Assembly: GCA_963809485.1 (NCBI GenBank)
Contig: CAWEJX010000016.1
Location: 1-64,000 of the forward strand
Reading direction: 5' to 3'
DNA from: an uncultured Acidobacteriota bacterium
GTDB taxonomy: Bacteria > Acidobacteriota > UBA6911
DNA: 64,000 nt
Of this stretch, positions 41,401 to 50,977 are shown piece by piece. Position 1 is the first letter of the stretch. Each line of letters opens with the position of its first letter. The notes below the pieces were generated by a model. It saw only the letters and a program-made list of their open reading frames with translations, was not told the origin of the DNA and searched no databases. A program made the position numbers and the translations under genes.

Positions 41401-43883
41401 ATTTCCGGGGGACGCAGGTTCATGGTCCCGAGAATTGTGGCCAGGGATTCGCCCGCAGGCGCCACAATCCGCGTGTGGAAGGCGTGGCTGACCTGCAGCG
41501 GGCGCGCGACATAACCGCCATCGCGCACTGCCGCCATCGCTTTCTCGACGCCCGTCGTCGATCCGCCAATTACGGCCTCTTTGGTACTGTTGATGTTGGC
41601 GATGACGACATAGTCGTCGACCGTGGCCAGTATTTTTTCGATTTTGTCGATCGGCCCGAAGACGGCGGCCATCATGCCGTTGTCGTCCAGGGCGCATCGG
41701 GTCATTTCGTTACCGCGAGCGCTGACGGCTTTCAGGGCTTCCTCGAAGGATATGGCGCCGCACGCCACAAGCGCACCGTATTCGCCTAAGCTGTGCCCCA
41801 TGACCATGTCCGGGGCGATGCCGTAAGCGTAGAGCATGCGGGCAAGAGCGGTCTCGGTCGCCAGGACTGCAGGCTGGGTGATCGCCGTCTGCTTCAGTCC
41901 GTCTTCGGCAGCCGCGAGCGCCGCTTCATCCGATTTGTCGAGATAAATGCAGCTCGTCAGAGTTCTGCCCAGCAGAGGTTCCATGACGCGATCCGCTTCT
42001 TCATAGACTTTGGTCACAATCGGTTCGGTCGCCCGGAGCGTCTGGAGCATGTTTACGTATTGAGAACCCTGGCCGGTGAAAAGGAACGCCACCTTGGGGA
42101 CAGGGCCTTTGCCCAGGAAAATTCCTTTGGGCCGCAACGCTTTCCACCTTCCGGCCTGGTTCTCCTCGAATGCTTTCAGCGCTTTTCCGGCTTTGTCGGC
42201 CAGCTCTGCCGCGTTTCCATAATCGATGGCCACGCGCACATTGGACTGCAGATCGGACTCGAGGGGAGGCGCCGGTTCCGGTGCTTTCCCGGCCGCAGCC
42301 TCCCGGGCCACGGCTTTCAGCCGGGCGATCAGTGCAGCTTCCGACTCCGCACCCAATACGAAAGCTCCGCGCAGAGGCATCTTGAGATTTGCGGACGGTT
42401 TCGCGCCGAATGAGCCTTCGGGAACCGATACGGCCGCCTTGCGCTCATCCGCTATCCTTCCGGGGACATATTCCTCAAGGACAACGTGGAAGTTGGTTCC
42501 ACCGAATCCAAAGGCGCTGACTGCGGCCCGGCGTACATTCCCGGGCTTCACGTCCCAAGGCCTTAGCTCGGTATTAACGTAAAAAGGAGATGCGGAAAAA
42601 TCAAAATTGGGATTGGGCTGATTGAAGTTCAGGCTTGGCGGCAGTTCCCGCTTGTTCAGGGCGAAGGCCGCCTTCAGGATGCCGGCGGCTCCGGCTGCGC
42701 CTTTTAGATGTCCGACATTTGATTTCACCGATCCCAGTGCGATGGAACCTACGGGAAGTCCGATGTCTTTGAGGGCTTCCGACAGGCTTTCCAGTTCCGC
42801 GACATCCCCGACAGGGGTTGATGTGCCGTGCCCTTCGATCAGGTCTCCCTGGGCCGGGACGACACCGGCATTCTGCCAGGCTCGTCGGATGCAAAGCCTC
42901 TGTCCAACCGGATTGGGCGCCGTAATGCCTTTCCCCTTTCCGTCACTCGATCCCCCGATACCGCGTATCACAGCGTAGATCCTGTCACTGTCGCGTTCGG
43001 CATCGGCCAGTCGTTTCAACAGAAATACAACGGCTCCTTCGCCCATCACGAAACCGTCCGCGCCATCCGCGTAAGGCCGGGATCCCTTGCCGGAAAGGGC
43101 GCCGATTTTGCAGAACTTCACAAAGGTGGAAGGGCTCATGTTGGTGTCGATCCCGCCCGTCAGGACTGCGTCGTAGTCGCTGCCGCCCAATCCCTCGATA
43201 GCGGCGCTCATGGCCGCCATGGCAGATGCGCAGGCAGCGTCGGCGACGAAATTCGGGCCCTTGAAGTCGTACAGCGCGGCGATACGGCCGGCAACAATAT
43301 TGGCCAGCTCCCCGGGCATTGTGTCCTCCGTGATGGGAGGGGTCTTGCGGCGGACGCCTTCGTGCAGCTGTTCAAGGATTGCCTGGCGAACCGGAAGCGG
43401 CAAGGAAGAGTAGCTGGCAGATTTGATCAGCTCTTCGGCAAATTCGGGAAAGAGGATGCGGGCGGCGGAATACAGGTGCGTATCGCCGGCCATGGCGTTA
43501 CCCAGGATCACGGCTGTGCGTTCAGGATTCAGCGGGCGGCCCGGATACCCGTAGTCGCTCAAAGCCTCGCGGGCCGTAACCACGGCCCATTTCTGCGTAA
43601 GGTCCATCGCCAGGCTGACGCGCGGAGGAATCGGCAGCTTCCACTTCAGCGGATCCCATTCCCAGTCACGCACCCAGCCGCCGATTTTTGAATAGGTCTT
43701 GTCCGGCGCTTTAGGATCCGGGTCGTAATAGAGGTTCGGATCCCAACGATCGCGTGAGACTTCGGTGATGCTATATCGGCCCTCTCTGATGTTCTGCCAG
43801 AATTTTGGCGCATTGGCCGCGTCCGGCATCAGGGCTCCTACGCCGACAATCGCAACAGCTTTATCAGCCGCAGATACTCTCAT
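35436..43883 (-). CDS. type I PKS/FAS-like megasynthase, KS-AT-KS-ACP-ACP-ACP-KR-DH
   Basis: KS1 DAACAS/HGTST/KSNVGH; AT GQGSQY/GHSLG/HAFH; KS2 NGACSS/HETYT/TKGATGH; 3x [41 protein letters not shown]. Confidence 0.93.
   Translation of the reverse strand: [2815 protein letters not shown]
38050..38995 (-). repeat. three tandem ACP-coding repeats with Ala/Pro-rich linkers
   Basis: near-identical [55 protein letters not shown] units. Confidence 0.92.
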
Positions 43884-43934
43884 TATTCAAAAGCCTCCGG
43901 TAATTCCATGCAATGATTCGTGACCGTATCTTTC

Positions 43935-45593
43935 TTATTTCTTATCCCGTCCGTACAGGACGTCCGCCACATAATCCAGGTCCTGCACCAGTCCTGCCTG
44001 TGCAAGAAGCAATTGCTGGGAAAGTAATTTCTGGTTAAGCTTCATCGCATCTTGTTCGGGCAAGAGCCCGCCGATCCATCGGACGCCTTCGGCCGCTACT
44101 TTCATAGCAGCGTCCCGGGTGGAAATCCGGCTCAACGCGGCAAGATTTTCGGCAGTGAAACGGGCATGGGCTTTGGCGTTCACCTCTCCCCTGGCTGCGC
44201 GAGCCGCCCGGCGGGCAAGGCTTGCGGCGCCTTCGGCGTATGCGATCCATTCGCCCAGCCGGAAGAGGATGTGTTGATGCCGCGTAAGCCGCTGCGCGCG
44301 GGCCACCTCGAGCAGCTCCGCAAGGGCATGAAGCGCGTAGCTGACGGTCTGAGCGCCCACACGCTCGTTCTGCCGGTGCAGATCTTCCATCCCCCGCGCC
44401 ATAGCGTGATAAAACTGGCCGTGCGTTTTGAGATGAGATTGCCAGCGGTCACGGCTGATCGTCATCTCCATGATTTCAGACGTTCCTTCATAAATTGTCG
44501 TGATTCGGGCATCGCGCTTGATCTTTTCCACCATATACTCGCGCGTGTAGCCATAGCCGCCGAGCGCCTGAATGGAAGCGTCGGCCGCGAGGTTCCCCGC
44601 TTCGGTGGCGAGATATTTTGCGATGGCGCCTTCGGTATTCAGGTTGCCCTCGTCGCTGTCGATGCGTTCGGCCGTCTCCTCGATAAAGGAACGCGCGGTT
44701 TCCAGGCGTGCGGCGTGGGGCACGATGAGTTTGTGAGTGTATCCCTGTTTTTCGGAGAGCGGCGTTCCTCCCTGGATGCGCCCCATGGAATACGGGATGG
44801 CTCGGTCCAAAGCCGCCCAGCCCGATCCCAGACCGAAAGCGGCAACCATGAGACGGGTGTAGCCGAAAACCAGCTGGGCCTGGATCAGGCCCTGGCCTTC
44901 CACGCCTCCCAGCAGGCGGTCGGCGTCGACGTACACACCTTCCAGCGATACCGTAGCGGTATTGCTGGCGCGTATCCCGTGCTTATCCTCCGGCTTCCCG
45001 TGGCTCAGCCCGGGAGTGTCCTTTTCGACCACAAACCAGCTGGGGCCGCCGGGCGCCTTGGCCAGAACGCTGTACAGGTCGGCAAAACCGCCGTTGCTGA
45101 TCCACTGCTTGTTTCCCGTTATCTTGTACCCGGCCACTTTGCCGTCTTTTGTTACAGGATCAGCCACCGTGCGCAGAGCCGCAAGGTCGCTGCCCGCTTC
45201 CGGCTCGGTAGCGCCATAGGCCATAAGCAGCCCTTCCTGGCCGATGCGCGTCATCCAGAGTTTCTTCTGCTCGTGGGTGCCGCCGAAGATAATCGGGTCG
45301 CTGCCCAGGAATGTCGCCAGGACCCCTGTGGCGACACCCAAATCGACGCGGGCCAGTTCTTCGCAGACCCTGTAGACGTCAAAAGCGCCTCCCCCCATAC
45401 CGTCGAACTCTTCCGGGATGAAAAGGAGCTGAATGCCAAGTCCGGCACCGCACATTTCCCGCACGATATCCGAGGGAAATTCTTCGGTTGCGTCCAGTTC
45501 GAGGATCTTCTTTTCCGGCAGCCTGGCGGCGGTGAAGTCCTTGAGCGATTCCAGCGTCAAATCGAGAGTCTCTTTATCCAATCCTTTGTGCAT
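43935..45593 (-). CDS. acyl-CoA dehydrogenase family protein with C-terminal extension
   Basis: [42 protein letters not shown]. Confidence 0.92.
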   Translation of the reverse strand: MHKGLDKETLDLTLESLKDFTAARLPEKKILELDATEEFPSDIVREMCGAGLGIQLLFIPEEFDGMGGGAFDVYRVCEELARVDLGVATGVLATFLGSDPIIFGGTHEQKKLWMTRIGQEGLLMAYGATEPEAGSDLAALRTVADPVTKDGKVAGYKITGNKQWISNGGFADLYSVLAKAPGGPSWFVVEKDTPGLSHGKPEDKHGIRASNTATVSLEGVYVDADRLLGGVEGQGLIQAQLVFGYTRLMVAAFGLGSGWAALDRAIPYSMGRIQGGTPLSEKQGYTHKLIVPHAARLETARSFIEETAERIDSDEGNLNTEGAIAKYLATEAGNLAADASIQALGGYGYTREYMVEKIKRDARITTIYEGTSEIMEMTISRDRWQSHLKTHGQFYHAMARGMEDLHRQNERVGAQTVSYALHALAELLEVARAQRLTRHQHILFRLGEWIAYAEGAASLARRAARAARGEVNAKAHARFTAENLAALSRISTRDAAMKVAAEGVRWIGGLLPEQDAMKLNQKLLSQQLLLAQAGLVQDLDYVADVLYGRDKK

Positions 45594-45677
45594 ATTCAGG
45601 AAACCTCAAAAAGCGTGCCGCGAATCCCACGGACAGAGCTGTGAAATTTGCAGCGTTTTCGGGTGAATGCCCCCGCA

Positions 45678-46739
45678 CTACGCGCGCAGCAGCAGCGCCC
45701 CCCAGTTCATGCCTGCCCCGAATGCGACCATGAGCACCAGATCGCCTTTATGAATCCGGCCGGTGCGCGTGGCCTCGTCCCAGAGCAGAGGGATGGTCGC
45801 CGCCGTGGTATTCCCGTATTTGTGAATGTTGTGGATCACCTTTTCTTCCGGTATGTTCAGCATTTTCTGCACGCGTTCGTTGATGCGTTTGTTGGCCTGG
45901 TGCATCAGAACCAAAGATATGTTCTCCAGTTTCAGGTTGTTGCGTTCGAGGATCTCCTTTGTGACGGCCGCCATACTGTTTGCGGCGTTTCGGAATACGT
46001 ACATGCCGTTCATCACAGGTATATGATCCCCTCGTAGAAGCTGGCCCGAATCCACGTAGGGTCTATGTTTGAATCCGGCGCCCGGCACGTAGATCCTGTC
46101 GTATTCGCTCCCGTCGGTGTGCAGGATGCAGTCCAGAACGCCGCGGTCCTCCTCTTCGGCCTTGAGGACGACGGCGGCTCCCGCATCCCCGAACAGCACG
46201 GTCACGTTCCGGAACCGGGTGTTCCATTCATACTCCTCTGGCGTCGGGGGAACCGCCGTTTTCCCGTACATATAGCTGTAGTTTTCCGCAGTCCACGGCA
46301 TGAAGCCGGTATGCGTTTCGGCCCCGACCACCAGCACCGCTTTTGCCACACCTGAGCGTATCTGAGCATCCGCCAGTTGGATGCCGTACAGAAAGCCTGC
46401 GCATTGCTGCCGGATGTCGAAACAAGGAATGTCCCGGATTTCCAGCTTGGACTGGAGAAGCCCCCCGCACCCCGGGAAAAAATAATCGGGGGTCATGGTT
46501 GCGAAAACAATCATGTCCAGGTCGTTTTTGTCGATGCCGGCAGAGTTTATAGCCTCGCTTGCCGCCGCCACGCCAAGATCGGATGTTGAGATGCCTTCGT
46601 CGACATAGTACCGGGTCTCCACGCCGCTGCGCTCCCTGATCCAGTCGTCTCCGGCATCCATAATCCTGGACAGCATGCCGTTGGTTACCTTGTTGGGTGG
46701 GACGCAAGCGCCGCTCCCGACTATTACGGCTCGCACCAT
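45678..46739 (-). CDS. fabH: beta-ketoacyl-ACP synthase III (FabH-like)
   Basis: QQCAGF (Cys), LFGDAGAA, HQAN, YGNTTAA, FGAGMNWG. Confidence 0.88.
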   Translation of the reverse strand: MVRAVIVGSGACVPPNKVTNGMLSRIMDAGDDWIRERSGVETRYYVDEGISTSDLGVAAASEAINSAGIDKNDLDMIVFATMTPDYFFPGCGGLLQSKLEIRDIPCFDIRQQCAGFLYGIQLADAQIRSGVAKAVLVVGAETHTGFMPWTAENYSYMYGKTAVPPTPEEYEWNTRFRNVTVLFGDAGAAVVLKAEEEDRGVLDCILHTDGSEYDRIYVPGAGFKHRPYVDSGQLLRGDHIPVMNGMYVFRNAANSMAAVTKEILERNNLKLENISLVLMHQANKRINERVQKMLNIPEEKVIHNIHKYGNTTAATIPLLWDEATRTGRIHKGDLVLMVAFGAGMNWGALLLRA

Positions 46740-46918
46740 AAACCTTCTCCCTCAATCAAATCAAAGGGGTGATTGTAGCATGCCGAGAGGTCGAAGCCTG
46801 ACGAAAACTCATCGCTTTTTGGGGAACGGAGCCAATTCAGTGGTGTCAGGCAATTCCCCTAAACCCTTTGCTGATATCGGCCTGCCCTGTTTTTGTATCG
46901 TCGGCCTGAGGGCCGTTG

Positions 46919-47172
46919 CTATAAAATTTCCGGCATGGCAGCAAGCTCCGCATTGAGATGGCGGAGCATTTCCTCGAGCATTTCCCGATAGCGCGGGCTA
47001 CGGGCGGATTCAAGATCTTGAATTACCCGGATCCTCTGCAGCATTAAGCCCTCCCGCCGGCGGCGGCGCTCAATCTTGTCAGGCGGAAACGAATTCCGAT
47101 TTGGGGACTCGGACCGGCCGTGGGCTCCCTCAATTTGCATTTCGACGTTTTTGCTTTCCCATCCTCTTCCAT
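46919..47172 (-). CDS. small hypothetical protein, probable 1-bp indel near the start
   Basis: helical charged ORF; adding one G after ATG 47172 gives MGRGWESKNVE in frame. Confidence 0.55.
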
Positions 47173-47230
47173 AGGGATTTAATAATAGCCTTTTCTCGAA
47201 CCAGCGCCAAGAATTCGCCTCCTATTCCCT

Positions 47231-47380
47231 TTTTATAATTGTTCAGCGTACGTCAACGTTTATAGACGCTCGTCAGCGTTAAATTAATGGACGGGCCTCC
47301 AGAGCCGGTCTCAAAACGACTGTCCCGAAATCCTCGCCGGCAGTTTTGAGACGGTCTCTGGAGATCCGTGCTCACGAAAA
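47231..47380. repeat. REP-like/ACGCTGA repeat family, copy 3 (inverted), with long hairpin
   Basis: arms gacgggcctccagagccggtctcaaaac / gttttgagacggtctctggagatccgtg (47290-47370). Confidence 0.65.
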
Positions 47381-47425
47381 CCTGGGCAGAATCTCATTCT
47401 TACCCTTAGCCCATGCAATATTCAG

Positions 47426-48259
47426 TCAGATCGTGAGGTAGGAGCCGAGAACCTTGAAGTATGGGGTTAATTCGCGCAGGTGCCGGAGGGCGTTAAGGCA
47501 TTCGCGACTGCGGATGTCGCTCCGCAGGTCCAGGTAAAATAGATACTCCCATGGCTTTCCGCGAATGGGCCTGGATTCAATCTTGGTCAGATCAATGTTT
47601 CTCAATGCGAAGACCGACAGGGCCTTGAAAAGCACTCCCGGCTCGTCCTTAAGGCCGAAAACGACACTGGTCTTGGCGCCGCCTCGCGGGAATCTGCCCC
47701 GCCGCGTCAGTGCGAGGAAGCGCGTATAATTTTCCGGATCATCCTCAATCCCGCGGCGAAGCACTTTCATCCCGTAAATCCGTGCCGCATCTTCAGACGC
47801 GATGGCAGCCGCCTTTTTGAGCCCGTGATCCCGTATGAACTTGACGCTGCCGGCCGTATCGTAGAAGGAGACCTTTTCTATCGATCGCAGGCGGCCCAGC
47901 AACCGCTTGCACTGCTCCATTGCCGCCGGGTGGGAATAGATTTGCCGGATCTGCCTGAGGCTCGCCCCGGGATGAACAATCAGGCTGTGCTCGACGCGCA
48001 AAGAGGTTTCGGCAATCACATCCAGGGAATGCCGGGCGAGCAAATCGAAGTTCTGGTGAATGCTCCCGGCCAGGGAGTTTTCGATGGGAATGACGGCAAA
48101 CTCCGCCTTGCTCCGGGCGACGGTGCGGAAAACATCATCGAAAACAAAACACGGAACGGACTCGATTCTCTTCCCGAAGATTTTGCGAACCGCATGATGA
48201 CTGAAAGCCCCAGGTTCACCCTGGAATGCGACCTTTGATCCTGCCGCTACCTTAAGCAA
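47426..48259 (-). CDS. pheA: prephenate dehydratase
   Basis: AFQGEPGAFS, PIENSLAG, SHP, NYTRF, LTKIESRP, LGSY. Confidence 0.93.
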   Translation of the reverse strand: MLKVAAGSKVAFQGEPGAFSHHAVRKIFGKRIESVPCFVFDDVFRTVARSKAEFAVIPIENSLAGSIHQNFDLLARHSLDVIAETSLRVEHSLIVHPGASLRQIRQIYSHPAAMEQCKRLLGRLRSIEKVSFYDTAGSVKFIRDHGLKKAAAIASEDAARIYGMKVLRRGIEDDPENYTRFLALTRRGRFPRGGAKTSVVFGLKDEPGVLFKALSVFALRNIDLTKIESRPIRGKPWEYLFYLDLRSDIRSRECLNALRHLRELTPYFKVLGSYLTI

Positions 48260-48306
48260 TTTTATCCTCTGAGCCGCTGCTCCAAATTACGAATAACGAG
48301 GCAGTC

Positions 48307-48510
48307 GGCACCTCAGGCAACGCCGGAGGCTTGAAAGATTGGAACCGCTCAAAGCGGTTGGAGGAGTTACGCCGGTCTTGAACGCTGACTTACGCGGGCA
48401 AAAGCCGACACCCGCCGAACAAATCGGCGTTTGTCAGCGCTTTTGTCAGCATATCTCAGCGTTTCAAAATACGGAGCTGTCAAACTCTATAAGTCCCCCG
48501 GCAGAGCCGG
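48307..48510. mobile_element. non-autonomous IS200/IS605-like element (copy B)
   Basis: same terminal hairpins as 14441, shorter core, one end eroded. Confidence 0.62.
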
Positions 48511-48526
48511 CTGATCTCCCTCTGGA

Positions 48527-50080
48527 TCAGCTTTCTGCCGGTTTGTCCTTGTGGTTATGGGACTCCAACGCCGCTTGGTAATGGATCATCTTGTTAACCG
48601 CGTCGACATAGGCTCGGGCGCTCGCGTCCACGATATCCAAGCTGGCTGCCTTGCCGATGAAGGACACTTTGCCGAAGTCGACCTTCATGAACACTTCACC
48701 GACCGCATCGCCGCCCGTCGTTACGCTCTGGACCGTGTATTCCGTCAGCTTCCCTTCGAGGCCTGTGATTCTGTCGACGGCCTTAACCACCGAATCCACC
48801 GGACCGTCGCCCGTCGCCGAATCCTGGTAAAGCTTCCCCTCTTTTTCCAGCACAATGGTGGTGGTAGCGATGACCTGGTTGCCCGCAATGGAATGGATAT
48901 TTTTGATCTTATAGACCGGCGCGGTGATCCTTAATGCGTCGCGGACCGTCACGATCAGGTCTTCGTCGTACACCACCTTCTTCTTGTCTGCCACTTTCTT
49001 TATGAGGATATATGCTTTTTCAAGTTCGGCCGGGCTGAGGTCGAATCCCAGTTCCTGATATTTCTTCTTGAGGGCGTGCCGGCCGGAATGCTTTCCCATC
49101 ACCAGGTGGCTTTCTTTGATTCCGACGTCCTCGGGACGCATGATCTCGTAGGTGAGCTTCTCCTTCATGACGCCGTCCTGGTGAATGCCGGCTTCGTGGG
49201 CGAAAGCGTTTCTGCCCACGATGGCTTTGTTCCTCTGGACTATCAGTCCAGTCAGGTTGGTCAGCATCGCGCTGGAAGGATAAATTTCCCGCGTATTGAT
49301 CCCGGTTTCTATCCCGAAGAGATCCTTGCGCGTGCGCAGAGCCATCACGATTTCTTCCAGGGAGGCGTTCCCTGCGCGCTCTCCGATGCCGTTGACGGTG
49401 CATTCCACCTGGCGGACGCCATTTTGAATGGCGACCAGCGAGTTGGCCACGGCCAATCCCAGATCGTTATGGCAATGGACCGACAGGATGGCTCGCCCGA
49501 TGTTGGGCACATGATCGCGCAGGTATCGGATGCGCTCGGCGTATTCCGTGGGGAAAGTGTATCCGACCGTATCTGGAATATTAGCAACGTTAGCCCCGGC
49601 GTTGATAACAGCCTCCACAACTTTGCAGAGAAAATCGAGGTCGGAGCGCGTGGAGTCTTCCGCAGAGAACTCGACGTCGGGACAAAGGGACTTCGCATAT
49701 GCCACGGCGTTTGCGGCTTCAGCGAGCGCCTCTTCCCTGGTTTTCCTCAACTTATACTGCAAGTGAATGTCGGAAGTGGCGAGAAAAACATGGATACGCG
49801 GCTTTGCCGCAGCTTTAACGGCTTCCCAACAGCGGTCGATGTCCGCTTTGTTTGCCCGCGCCAGCCCTGCGATGGTGACGGAACGGATCGTTTGGGAAAT
49901 GCGCCGGACGGATTCGAAATCTCCATCTGAGGATATGGGAAATCCTGCTTCAATGACGTCCACCTGCAGCTTTTCCAGTTGCTGCGCCAGCCTCAATTTG
50001 TCCTCGATGGTCATACTGGCGCCGGGAGACTGCTCCCCGTCTCTTAACGTCGTGTCAAATACCAGTACTCGGTCTGTCAT
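48527..50080 (-). CDS. leuA: 2-isopropylmalate synthase
   Basis: [46 protein letters not shown]. Confidence 0.96.
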   Translation of the reverse strand: MTDRVLVFDTTLRDGEQSPGASMTIEDKLRLAQQLEKLQVDVIEAGFPISSDGDFESVRRISQTIRSVTIAGLARANKADIDRCWEAVKAAAKPRIHVFLATSDIHLQYKLRKTREEALAEAANAVAYAKSLCPDVEFSAEDSTRSDLDFLCKVVEAVINAGANVANIPDTVGYTFPTEYAERIRYLRDHVPNIGRAILSVHCHNDLGLAVANSLVAIQNGVRQVECTVNGIGERAGNASLEEIVMALRTRKDLFGIETGINTREIYPSSAMLTNLTGLIVQRNKAIVGRNAFAHEAGIHQDGVMKEKLTYEIMRPEDVGIKESHLVMGKHSGRHALKKKYQELGFDLSPAELEKAYILIKKVADKKKVVYDEDLIVTVRDALRITAPVYKIKNIHSIAGNQVIATTTIVLEKEGKLYQDSATGDGPVDSVVKAVDRITGLEGKLTEYTVQSVTTGGDAVGEVFMKVDFGKVSFIGKAASLDIVDASARAYVDAVNKMIHYQAALESHNHKDKPAES

Positions 50081-50410
50081 ACCTGGATCCTTTCACAAAT
50101 GTGCCTGGAAGCTTTGCCTTTAACCCAGCTTTTGCAGCGGAATCGCCGGGCGAAGGCGTAAGAAGGGCGCTCGAAGGAGGATTGTTCTAAGGTAGAAGAT
50201 TGCGTCACATCGGCTTGGCTTGTGAAGCTTCATAAAAACCTGTCTCGCGGTCCCTGGTTATTGCGCTCTCCCGTATCTTAGACTGGCATATGAGTTTGTC
50301 AAGACAAAACAGGCCGCCACAGCCGGTTGCAGGTTTCAGGTTGCAGGCCGCAGCGGATATACGCCGACCCCCGTATTTGTGGCCGGCGCATATCAGCAGT
50401 GCAGGCGGTT

Positions 50411-50977
50411 TCAGGGAAGAGCTGGCGAATTGGGGTCGAATGAAGGAACGCGCTGCATCGGGATAGCCGTAGGCCCGGGCACCATTTCGTCCCACGGATC
50501 TCGATATGGGATCTTTTTAACAACGGGGAAGGAAAATGGGGCGGCCGGTTCTGCCAGGTAAAACAGGAACCTCATCTTGCCTGTCACTGCTTCATCACTC
50601 ATGGGATAGGCTTCCACGGTGAAATCAGTCCTCAGGATATACAATACATGACCGCTGGAGGCGTCGTTAATGAACCGCAGCATAGTGACATAAAACTGAT
50701 TTTTGCCCAGATAGTGCCAGGTGCCGGTCGCTCCGACGGAAAGCCCTCCGAAAGAACTGGAGGGAAACTGATCAAATATGTAACTGGACCAAACGCTGCC
50801 GTCCTCGTGGAAGTTCACAAACTGGGTTGTGCATGCAAATGGCAAATTGTAGGGTTTCGCCTGACAGAATCCCATTGTCCAAACTCCAACGACGGCTCGC
50901 TTGGGATCACCGTCCGCGGCCAAAACCATGGTGGCGGACAAAAACAGAACCAGGAAAGCCAAAATTGCGCGTCTCAT
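50411..50977 (-). CDS. secreted hypothetical beta-rich protein
   Basis: signal peptide MRRAILAFLVLFLSATMVLA; VVGVW, FHEDG, GTW (lipocalin-like pattern); AGGAG SD. Confidence 0.65.
   Translation of the reverse strand: MRRAILAFLVLFLSATMVLAADGDPKRAVVGVWTMGFCQAKPYNLPFACTTQFVNFHEDGSVWSSYIFDQFPSSSFGGLSVGATGTWHYLGKNQFYVTMLRFINDASSGHVLYILRTDFTVEAYPMSDEAVTGKMRFLFYLAEPAAPFSFPVVKKIPYRDPWDEMVPGPTAIPMQRVPSFDPNSPALP

Noticed and set aside
39348-41789. 813-aa plus-strand ORF and other long antisense ORFs (e.g. 44052-45644, 28690-29790)
   Set aside because: Shadow frames opposite well-supported GC-rich genes, with no recognisable motifs.
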